Positions 21,900 to 33,289 of a DNA stretch of 64,000 nucleotides are shown one piece after another. The DNA is from an uncultured Clostridia bacterium (GTDB taxonomy: Bacteria > Bacillota > Clostridia > TANB77 > CAG-508): positions 82,849 through 146,848 of the forward strand of contig CALXFH010000001.1 in assembly GCA_944387555.1 (NCBI GenBank), read 5' to 3'. Position numbers and translations under genes: made by a program. Position 1 is the first letter of the stretch. The number at the start of each line of letters is the position of its first letter. The notes under the pieces were generated by a model. It did not search any database. It was not told the origin of the DNA and saw only the letters and a list, made by a program, of their open reading frames with translations.

Positions 21900-24400
21900 A
21901 ATTATTTTTATATTTTTAGGAAACAGAAGAATAAAAAAGAATAAAAAAGAAAAAAATAGAATAAATTAGAAAATAAGAGAAAAACATAGGAAAATAAGAA
22001 TATTTAAAAATTAGGTTAAATAATAAATAAAATTAATTATAAAAAAATTAGAAAAAAATAGATAAAAAAAGAATAAGCTAGAAAATAAGAGAAAAACATA
22101 TGAAAATAGGAATATTAAAAAAATGGGTAAGATAATAAATTAAATTAATTATGAAAAAATTAGAAAAAAATAGATAAAAAAAGAATAAGCTAGAAAATAA
22201 GAGAAAAAAATATGAAAACAAGAATATTTAAAAAATAATAAATGAAATTAATCACAAAAAAATTAACGAAAATCAAAAATAAGCCGATTTATTTTTTAAA
22301 TAATATAAATATTAATTCTAAAATAATAAAAAAATTAGAAAAAAATAGAATAAATTAGAAAAAAGGAGGAAAGTATATAAAAATAGGGATATTTAAAAAC
22401 TATAAAAAATAATAAATAAATTTAATTATAAAAAATTATTAATGAAAATCAAAAATAAGCTGATTTATTTTTTTATAAATTAAAAAATAATGAAAAAAAT
22501 AGATAAAAAAAGAATAAATTAGAAAATAAAAGAAAACTATATAAAAATAAAGATATTTAAACAAATAAAAATAAAAAAATAATTGACTAACGAAAATCTA
22601 GTAGAAGCCTTTTTAGTATTTTTATTAATATAATTTTATAGAAAAATAAAAAATATTAATGTTTTTTAGAATAGAAAAATCAATAAAAGACAGTATTTTA
22701 AATGGATTAGGGGATTTTTGCAAATAAAAAAATAAAAATAACAAAACGCGAAAATCAAAAATAAGGCTTTTTATTAATATTATTTTTAAAAATATAGTAA
22801 AAAATAAATAAATAAAAATTATTTAATTAATTAAAAATATTTTTTATTTAAAAAGATAACTAAAAGTAAAAAATACAATTAATTATAAAAAATAAAATAA
22901 ATTAAAACAATTATAAAAAAATTAATAAAAAATATTTAATAAATAAATTAATAAAATTTTATAAAAATAAAATATTAATAATAAATAATAAATAATAAAT
23001 AGATAAAGAATAAATTATTTAATTAGAAAAAATATATTAAATAAAAAATAATTAATTAAATAATAAATAAAATAAATATATATATAATTAAATTAATTTA
23101 ATTTTTTTATAAAATAATTCTAAAAAAATAATTAATTAAAATAAATATTTAATTGTTTAATTAATTATAAAACAAAAAATTCATATATATACAAAAAGTT
23201 TTAGAAGTTATTATTATTTTAAATTAAAATAATATTTAAGAAAAAAAGACAATAGATTAAAAGAAAAATAAAAAATGTTAATAAATTTGATAAAAAATAA
23301 TTGGTATAATACTAGGGATTTAAAGTGTTAGTCAATTTTAATAAACTAAAGAAAAAAGTTTACATATAACGTGTTATAAATATTATTTTCATATAATTGA
23401 TCTTGTTTTAAGGAATCTTTTTAAAGGTAAAAATAAAAGTTACTTTATTTTTTATAATAAAAAATAATATAAAAAAATTAAAAATTAATTTGAAAATATT
23501 TTTTTAAAATAAAATAAATAAATAAAAAATTATTTATTAAATAAAAACTAAATAAACAAATAAAAAAATTATAAAAAGAAAATAAAAATAAATAAATTTA
23601 AATAAATAAAAAATAATATAAAAAAATATTTAAATAATTAAAGTAAAAAATAGTTATTTAAATAATAAATACTTTATTTTAAAATTAAATTAATGAAATA
23701 AAAAAATTAAAATAAGTATAAATTTTTTTTGCATATATTATTATATTTTTTAAAATTTAAATAAAAACTTATAAAGATTAAATAAACTAAAATAATAATA
23801 AAAAATAGGTATAAAATTTATAAAAACAATATAAAGATTACTAGGCATTAAAAGGTTTGCTTGATTAATTATGATTTATAAAAAACAATAAAAATAGTTT
23901 ACATATAACTAGAAATTTGAATTATTCTATTTAATTAATAATGCTGTTTGTTAGTATATTGTTAAAAGAAAAATTAAAATGAATATTATTTTTTTATTAA
24001 GAAATTTTAAAATATAAAAAAGAAATTGTAAAAAAAATTTTTAAATATTTTAATTTTAAATAAATAAAAAAATAATAATAAATTGAATTAATTATTTTAA
24101 TAAATAAAAATAATAATTAATTATAAAAAAATAATGATAAAAATAATTATTAATTAAAAAATAAAAAGAATTAAAAAATATAAAAAATTAATTATAAAAA
24201 AATAATAAAATAAATTAATTAAAATAATGATTTAGTAAAAACAAATAAATAAAATTAAATTAATAAAACAATAGAAACGACTTATGAAAATCGAAAATAA
24301 GCCGTTTTATTTTTTTCGATATATAAATTATAGAAAAAATGAAAAAACGATTGATTAATTTTAAAAAATAAAATATAATAAGTAATAAAGTTGTGCACAA
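21900..24400. repeat. Extremely AT-rich non-coding desert. It contains a degenerate 120-180-bp tandem repeat family (21.9-22.8 kb), five copies of GAAAATCAAAAATAAGCYG(A)TTTATTTTTT, and two copies of the TAGGCATTAAAAGG...GTTTACATATAA core
   Basis: Direct repeats at 22038-22110 and 22156-22230; the GAAAATC... motif at ~22262, ~22438, ~22589, ~22745 and ~24281; no ORF over 70 aa and none with normal composition. Confidence 0.75.
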
Positions 24401-24412
24401 GTGGAGATTAAT

Positions 24413-25489
24413 ATGTGGATAAGTAAAGTAAAAATAAAGAATTTTAGGAATTATGAAGAACAAGAAATTGAATTAAAACCAAATGTAAATGTTTTTTATG
24501 GAGAAAATGCTCAAGGAAAAACTAATATAATAGAAGCAATTTTTTTATGTAGTATGGGAAAATCATTTAGAGCAAAAAAAGATAAAGAAATGATTAAATT
24601 AGATTCTCAAAATGCTATTGTAGAAATTGAATATCAAAAGACAGATAGAGATGGAAAAATAAAGATACAATTAGGTAATAAAAAAATTGTATTTGTAAAT
24701 GGTATAAAAATAAAAAAGTTAAGTGAACTTTTAGGTAATCTTAATGTAGTAATGTTTAATCCAGATGATATAAATATTTTAAAAGGTGGACCTCAAAATA
24801 GAAGAAGATTTTTAGATATTATGATAAGCCAATTGAAACCAAATTACATGCACACATTAAGTTTATATTCAAAAACAATAGAACAGAGAAATAATTATTT
24901 AAGACAGATAAAAGAAGAACAAAAATCAGAAAGTATGTTAGACATTTGGGATGAAGAATTATCTAGTTATGCAGTTATTATTAGTAAATATAGAAAAGAA
25001 TTTATGGAAAAGATAAAAAATAAAATTAAAAAGATTCATTCTGAAATTACTGATGATAAAGAAGATATAGAAATAGAATATATAACAGAATGCGATGATA
25101 AAGAAAAGTACTTAAGTTTATTAAAGCAAAGAAGAAAACTAGATATTATAAAGGGATATACAACAAAGGGTATACATAGAGATGATTTTATGATATATAT
25201 AAATAAGAAACAATTAAATGTTTATGGCTCACAGGGACAACATAGAACAGCAATGTTATCTTTAAAATTAGCTGAGGTAAAGATTGTAGAAGATGAAATA
25301 GGAGAGAAACCAATATTATTATTAGATGATTTTATGTCAGAGCTAGACCAAAAAAGAAGAAATCATTTTTTAGAAAAAATAAATGATACACAAGTAATAA
25401 TTACTTGTACTGATAAAATAGATATTGAAAATAAAAATATTTTAATATATAATGTAAAAGACGGAAAAGTCTATAGAGGAGGAATATAA
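24413..25489 (+). CDS. recF: DNA replication and repair protein RecF. The likely start is ATG 24413 (MWISKVKIKNF); the ORF track begins at 24401
   Basis: Walker A GENAQGKTN; the RecF/SMC-like signature is visible; GGAG lies 6 nt upstream of ATG 24413. Confidence 0.9.
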   Translation: MWISKVKIKNFRNYEEQEIELKPNVNVFYGENAQGKTNIIEAIFLCSMGKSFRAKKDKEMIKLDSQNAIVEIEYQKTDRDGKIKIQLGNKKIVFVNGIKIKKLSELLGNLNVVMFNPDDINILKGGPQNRRRFLDIMISQLKPNYMHTLSLYSKTIEQRNNYLRQIKEEQKSESMLDIWDEELSSYAVIISKYRKEFMEKIKNKIKKIHSEITDDKEDIEIEYITECDDKEKYLSLLKQRRKLDIIKGYTTKGIHRDDFMIYINKKQLNVYGSQGQHRTAMLSLKLAEVKIVEDEIGEKPILLLDDFMSELDQKRRNHFLEKINDTQVIITCTDKIDIENKNILIYNVKDGKVYRGGI

Positions 25490-27418
<1,929 letters not shown>

Positions 27419-27443
27419 TTTGAAAAATAAAATAAAAAATATT

Positions 27444-27474
27444 AAACGGTAGATAAAACAAATATCTACCGTTT
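27444..27474. terminator. gyrB intrinsic terminator
   Basis: aaacggtagat-aaaacaaa-tatctaccgttt, a perfect 11-bp stem followed by a T-rich tract. Confidence 0.7.
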
Positions 27475-27574
27475 ATCTATAAAGCCAATAATAATCTCTA
27501 CTAAAACTAATATATCTAATATTAAAACCTAATATATATTACTATATAAATAAGCCTTGATACCACATATATTA

Positions 27575-27910
27575 ATCATTCGCTCGACTATTAATACACC
27601 ATAAGTAACTATATTCGTCCTAAAGCTTAGGACTACTAATAACTACTAAAAAATATTAGATATAAGAATAATCTTAGCTCGAATTTATTACCTATCATTT
27701 GACCATATATTTTAAATAATAAAAAATATATTATAGATATAAAATATTAAATATAAATTAATAATAAATATAGCCTACAAACAAATAATAAATTCTTATC
27801 GCCGACATATTATAATCCATAAAAATGAACCATAATACATCTTTGCTCGAATATTAATAAACGAAATATCATCTATTAATACTCTTCGCTCAACCATTAT
27901 TGACCTTATA
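27575..27910. repeat. Iteron-like array of five direct repeats, TCTT(N)GCTCGA(N2)ATTA(W)TA
   Basis: Copies at ~27578 (cattcgctcgactattaataca), ~27672 (tcttagctcgaatttattacct), ~27794 (tcttatcgccgacatattataatcc), ~27838 (tctttgctcgaatattaataaacg) and ~27884 (tcttcgctcaaccattattgacc). Confidence 0.6.
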
Positions 27911-27967
27911 ATAGTATTATGTTCAAAATTAAAAATTTTATTCAAAAGAATAAAAAATTATAAAAAA

Positions 27968-28029
27968 AATCATTTGTCGAATTTTGTCGATGAAAAGTTC
28001 TTGACAAAAGTGAAAAAAGATTGTAAAAT
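27968..28029 (+). promoter_or_regulatory. Two Spo0A-box-like TGTCGAA/TGTCGAT motifs followed by a consensus sigma-A-type promoter (TTGACA-17-TAAAAT)
   Basis: catttgtcgaattttgtcgatg; TTGACA 28001-28006, 17-nt spacer, TAAAAT 28024-28029. Confidence 0.5.
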
Positions 28030-28039
28030 GCTTTTTAAA

Positions 28040-28643
28040 TCGGAGGTGATAAAAATAAAACAATTAACAGTTCAAGAATGGTTACCTATAGAAAAAATTT
28101 ATAATGATCGGATTTGTTAAATTAAAAAATAATAAAATAATTAAAATTTTAAAAGTTAATCCAATTAATTATAATCTAAAGTCAGATTTAGAAAAAGAGT
28201 CTATTTTAAATTCTTATAAGATTTTTTTAAAAACTTGTAATTTTAATATCCAAATTTTAATTCAAAGTAGTAAAGAAGATTTAACTCATCATATTAAAAA
28301 TATCCAAAAAAATATTTCTAAAAAAGAAAATAAATATTTAGAGAAAATTGCAGAAAATTATATTAATTATATTCAACAAATTAATTTAACAAGAAAATCA
28401 TCATCTAAAGATTTTTATATTATTATATCAGATACAATTAATAAAAAAATGAATATTTTTGAATCAGAAGAAATAATTAAAAATGATTTAAAAGATAAAT
28501 ATTTTAAAGTCAAAGAATGTTTAGCTCGTTCCGGAAATTTAGTTTCTGAATTATCTAATTCAAAAGAAGTTGAAGATTTATTTTTCTCTTTATTAAATAC
28601 CAGAAAAAGTTTAAATAATAAATTAATTAAAATAAATAAATAA
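28040..28643 (+). pseudogene. Frameshifted, TM-less paralog of the VirB4 N-terminal-like domain protein
   Basis: The upstream frame encodes ..KQLTVQEWLPIEKIYNDRIC*. ORF 28104..28643 continues in another frame with MIGFVKLKNNKIIKILKVNPINYNLKS..NIQILIQS, matching 2081..3352 (..RRYVMAIECAGINYDL..PIQIYVQT). Confidence 0.5.
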
Positions 28644-28644
28644 A

Positions 28645-28860
28645 AATAATTAATTAAAAAATAATTAATAAAAAAATAATTAATTAAAAAATAATTAATT
28701 AAAAAATAATTAATTAAAAAATAATTAATTAAAAAATAATTAATTTAAAATAAATTAATTTAAAATTAATTAATTAAAAATAAATTAATAAAAAAATAAT
28801 TAATTAAAAATAATTAATAAAAAAATAAATTAATTTAAAATAATTAATAAAAAATTAATG
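28645..28860. repeat. Microsatellite, ~13 units of a 16-bp repeat, AAAATAATTAATTAAA
   Basis: Read directly from the sequence. Confidence 0.9.
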
Positions 28861-29214
28861 ATTAAAAAAATAAAAAAATAAAAATATTCATTAAGAAAAT
28901 TAAAAGATTTTAAAATAGAAATGAGTTACAAAATAAAATAAAAATTATAAGTAGTTGGTTAAAATGAAAAGATAAAATACAAAGATAAAAAATCCAAATA
29001 AAAGTAAAAAAATATTATAAAGAAATAGGTTAAAAATGTTAGGCGTTTAAAAGAAAGCGGTAATGAATAAAATTAATTACCATTCAAGCAGAATTAGAAA
29101 AATAAGTTTACATATAAGAAAATAATAAATAGAAAAATGTTGTTATATTTTTAGGTTTTATTAAAATAAAGTTTAAAGAATTTAAAATATATTTATATTT
29201 AATTTATATAAATA

Positions 29215-29530
29215 TTAAATAAAAAATAAATTAATTTAAAAAATAATTAATTTAAAAAACAATTAATTAAAAAATAATTAATTTAAAAAACAATTAATTA
29301 AAAAATAATTAATTAAAAAATAATTAATTAAAAAATAATTAATTTAAAAAACAATTAATTAAAAAATAATTAATTAAAAATAAATCAATTTAAAAAATAA
29401 TTAATTAAAAAGTAATTAATTAAAAAATAATTAATTAAAAATAAATTAATTTAAAAAATAATTAATTAAAAAGTAATTAATTAAAAAATAATTGATTAAA
29501 AATAAATTAATTAAAAAATAATTAATAAAA
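29215..29530. repeat. Microsatellite, ~19 units of a 16-17-bp repeat, AAAA(A/C)AATTAATT(A/T)AA; a shorter related block lies at 29985-30120
   Basis: Read directly from the sequence. Confidence 0.9.
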
Positions 29531-30165
29531 TAAATAATTAATTACAAAATAATTATTTAAATAAAAATAATTTTTTTATAAAAATAAAAAAAATCTAATT
29601 AAAGAAAAATAATCAATTAAATAATTGTATATAAAGAAAAAATTAAAAATAAAAAGGAGGTTGCATAAATTTTGAAAAGTTTAAAAGAAATTATAAAAGA
29701 AACTTTAAAAAATATAAAAAAGGAATTAAAAGAATTACTAAAAAGGCTTAGGCATTAAAAGAAAAAGAAGAATTGATAAAATGAAAGACAAATTTAAAGT
29801 GAGTAGCTACAAAGGTTTACATATATAAAAATAAAATTCTTAATGCTATTTAAATAAATAAGTTTGTTGTTTCGATTTAGTATTTCAAAAAAATAAAATT
29901 TCATAAAATTAAAAAGAAAAAATAAAATATTTAATTTTAAATATTAATAAAAAATAATCAATTAGAAATAAATTAATTAAAGATAATTAACAAAAAAATA
30001 ATAAAATAAAAAATAAAATAAATTAAAAAATAAATTAATTAAAAAACAAATTAATTAAAAAATAAATTAATTAAAAAAATTAATTAAATAAAAATAATAA
30101 AATAAAAAAAATTAATTAACAAAAATGAATAATTAATTTTATTAAATAGAAAAAGGAGGAGAAAA

Positions 30166-32034
30166 TTGTTAAAAGAAAAAATAGAAAATATATTTAATAA
30201 AAATAAAAAAGAAATTAATGATAATTTTTTTGAAGGGACTATATATAAAAAAGATGAAATATCACCAGCATATATAGATATGCAAAATCCTAAATATTTA
30301 GAAATAGATAATTTATATTATGGAGGATTAATAGTAGTAGATTATTATAGAGAACAGACAGATATCATTTTAAAAACATTAATAGAAACTAATATTAATA
30401 TGAATATTTCTGTTTTTTATGAAAAACAAGATCCGTTTAAAACTATAAAAGATTTAACATATCATATAGGTAATGTAGGAGTAGAATTAAAAGAAAGTAA
30501 TCAAAACAGAGAGGATATAGATATAGCAGCTTTTACATACAATGATGCTAAATATATAAGAAAAGAAATACAAGTAAATAATGAAGATATTTATTATTTA
30601 TATATTTATATTAGTATATATGCAGAGAATGTAAAAGAATTAGAATACTATTTAAATAAAATAGAAGGTATTGCACAAAGCAAAGGCATGCAAACAAGAA
30701 GAGCAAATTTTAGACAAGAAGAATTATTTTTATCTTGCTTACCTATAATGGAAAATAATAATACAATAAAAGATGCAGCGAGAAGAAACGTCTTAACTTC
30801 TGGTTTACTTGCAACATACCCATTTATATCTTCTACTATATTTGACCAAGATGGAATCTTTATTGGTACTAATATATATAATAATTCTTTAGTTTTTATA
30901 GACAGATATAATAATCAAAAATATAAAAATGCTAATATATGTATATTTGGAACTAGTGGAGCTGGTAAATCATTTTATACTAAATTATTAATATTAAGAT
31001 ATAAACTATTAGGGATTAGTCAATATATAATAGACCCAGAAAGAGAGTATGACCATTTATGTGAAAGTTTAAAAGGAACACAAATTAAAATAGGACCTAA
31101 TTCAGATACATATATTAATGTTTTGGAAATAAGAAAGGAAAGTTTGGAAGAAGGAGAAAGCGGATATTTAGCTACTAAAATAGGAAAGCTTATAGGTTTC
31201 TTTAATCTAATATTTGGGGAATTAAATGAAGAAGAGAAGGCTTTAATAGAAGAGAAACTAATAGATACATATAAAATGAAGAATATTAATTTTGATGATA
31301 AAAGCTTATATAAAGAAATAAGAACAAATAAAAAGATAAAAAAGGTATTTAAAGATCCACAAGATATGCCAATACTAGAAGATATATATAATATATTAGG
31401 AAAAGATGAGAGAACTAAAAAATTTCAAATAAAACTTATTCCTTTTGTTAAGGGGTCTATGAAATTCTTTAATAATATATCGAATATAAAATTAGATAAT
31501 GAATTAATAGTTGCAGATATATATGATTTAGGAGAAGAGAATTTAAAATATGGTATGTATTTATTTACAGAAATATTTTGGGACAAGATTAAAGAAAACA
31601 GAAATGAAAAGAAAGCAATATACTTAGATGAAATATGGAGATTAATAGGTGTAACATCTAATAAAGAAGTTGCAAGCTTTATATATAAAATATTTAAGAC
31701 TATTAGAAAATATGGTGGTAGTGGAGTAGCAATAACACAAGATATATCAGATATATTTAGTTTGGATAATGGTACATATGGAAAAAGTATTTTAAATAAT
31801 TCTAGTATTAAAACATTTTTTGCATTAGAAGAGGAAAATATAAAAATACTTTCAGATTTTACTAATTTATCAGAAAAAGAAAAAGTAGAAATTAAATCTT
31901 TAAAAAGGGGAGAGTGTTTAATGTTTGTTGGTGATGAACATATATTAACTAAAATAGAATGTTCTGAATTAGAACAAGAAATATTAGAGGGAGGAAAGAA
32001 TAAGAATAATGAAAAAAATAATATTAGCAATTGA
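30166..32034 (+). CDS. VirB4-like ATPase paralog with an N/K-rich biased composition
   Basis: Walker A CIFGTSGAGKSFYT; Walker B KKAIYLDEIWRLIG (DE-x-W); the N-terminal region parallels 181..2205; RBS AAAGGAGGAG. Confidence 0.65.
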   Translation: MLKEKIENIFNKNKKEINDNFFEGTIYKKDEISPAYIDMQNPKYLEIDNLYYGGLIVVDYYREQTDIILKTLIETNINMNISVFYEKQDPFKTIKDLTYHIGNVGVELKESNQNREDIDIAAFTYNDAKYIRKEIQVNNEDIYYLYIYISIYAENVKELEYYLNKIEGIAQSKGMQTRRANFRQEELFLSCLPIMENNNTIKDAARRNVLTSGLLATYPFISSTIFDQDGIFIGTNIYNNSLVFIDRYNNQKYKNANICIFGTSGAGKSFYTKLLILRYKLLGISQYIIDPEREYDHLCESLKGTQIKIGPNSDTYINVLEIRKESLEEGESGYLATKIGKLIGFFNLIFGELNEEEKALIEEKLIDTYKMKNINFDDKSLYKEIRTNKKIKKVFKDPQDMPILEDIYNILGKDERTKKFQIKLIPFVKGSMKFFNNISNIKLDNELIVADIYDLGEENLKYGMYLFTEIFWDKIKENRNEKKAIYLDEIWRLIGVTSNKEVASFIYKIFKTIRKYGGSGVAITQDISDIFSLDNGTYGKSILNNSSIKTFFALEEENIKILSDFTNLSEKEKVEIKSLKRGECLMFVGDEHILTKIECSELEQEILEGGKNKNNEKNNISN

Positions 32035-33289
32035 AAATAAAAAGTTAGAAGATAAATTAAAAGAAAATAATAATATAAAAATAATATGTAACAATTTACA
32101 ATATAGAGAAGCTATTTTAGAAATATTAGATAAAAATAAAAATATAGATTTTATTTTAATTAATGAAAATTTACCAGGAATAATTAGTATAGAAGAATTA
32201 GTAAAAAAAATAAAAATAATTAATAATAAAATTAATATAATTATTTTTTTAGAAAAAGATGATATTAATAAAATAAATAGATTAAAAAAATTAAATATAA
32301 ATAATATTTATTTAAATAAAAAAATAAATATAAATAAAATAATTAATTTAATTCTTAAAAATAATAAATTTAATAATAATTATAATAAAAATAATTTATT
32401 AAATTATAAAATAAAAAAAGAAAAAATAAATAATAATAAATTAATTAAAATAAATAATTTTAAAAATAATAAATTTAATAAATTAAAAATTATTTTAAAT
32501 AAAATTAAATTAAATAAAAATAAATTAAACAATAATATTCATTTAAATAATAAAAATAAAAAAGAAAATAAATTAATTACTATAATGGGAAAAAGAAAAA
32601 CAGGAAAAAGTACAATAATAAATTTATTATTAATTTATTTATTACAAAAAAATAAAAAAATATTATTAATTAATTTAAATAAACAATTAGAAAATAATTA
32701 TTTAATTTTATTCGGAAAAAAATATTATAAAATTAAAAATAATTATTTTAATAAATATAATTTAATTAATAATAAATTAAATAAAAAAAATATTTTTTTA
32801 AAATCTGAAATTAAAATAAATAATAATTTATTCTTTTTAAATAATTTCCAAAAAATAATTCAACAAAATAATTATAATAATATTTTAGAATATTTTACTA
32901 AATATTATATTAAGAAATATGATTATGTTTTAGTAGACATCGGAGATAGTGCAAATAGAAGAATAAAACAAAAAATAGTAAAAATAAGTGATAAAAACAT
33001 AATGGTTATGACCAATGATTTACTAGGCATTAAAGAGGTAGAGAGATTAAGTCTGGAGTCAAACTTAAAAGAAGATAACAAAGAAAATAGTTTACATATA
33101 ATACTTAATAAATATTATTTTAATTCAATTAGCAACAGCATTTTTAAAAATTTGGTTAAAAGAAAAATAAAATTTAGTACAATTTTTTATAATAAAAAAT
33201 TTATAAATCTTTCAAATAAAATTTTAAAAAATAGAAAATTTAATTTTAATTTATTTTTTAAAAATAAATTAAAAAATATTTTAAAATAA
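32009..33289 (+). CDS. Pseudo-receiver domain fused to a ParA/MinD-family ATPase (TadZ/CpaE-like architecture); extreme N/K/I low complexity
   Basis: N-terminal receiver-like fold in which the phospho-acceptor position is N (FILINENLPG). P-loop ITIMGKRKTGKSTIINLL; Walker B-like DYVLVDIGD. The 3' end overlaps a satellite core copy (33033-33102). Confidence 0.45.
   Translation: MKKIILAIENKKLEDKLKENNNIKIICNNLQYREAILEILDKNKNIDFILINENLPGIISIEELVKKIKIINNKINIIIFLEKDDINKINRLKKLNINNIYLNKKININKIINLILKNNKFNNNYNKNNLLNYKIKKEKINNNKLIKINNFKNNKFNKLKIILNKIKLNKNKLNNNIHLNNKNKKENKLITIMGKRKTGKSTIINLLLIYLLQKNKKILLINLNKQLENNYLILFGKKYYKIKNNYFNKYNLINNKLNKKNIFLKSEIKINNNLFFLNNFQKIIQQNNYNNILEYFTKYYIKKYDYVLVDIGDSANRRIKQKIVKISDKNIMVMTNDLLGIKEVERLSLESNLKEDNKENSLHIILNKYYFNSISNSIFKNLVKRKIKFSTIFYNKKFINLSNKILKNRKFNFNLFFKNKLKNILK

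Noticed and set aside
32009-33289. A response regulator (two-component) call for the N/K-rich ORF
   Set aside because: The receiver-like domain has Asn at the phospho-acceptor position (..FILINENLPG). There is no DNA-binding output domain. A P-loop MinD/ParA-type ATPase follows, so this is a TadZ/CpaE-like pseudo-receiver rather than a signalling regulator.
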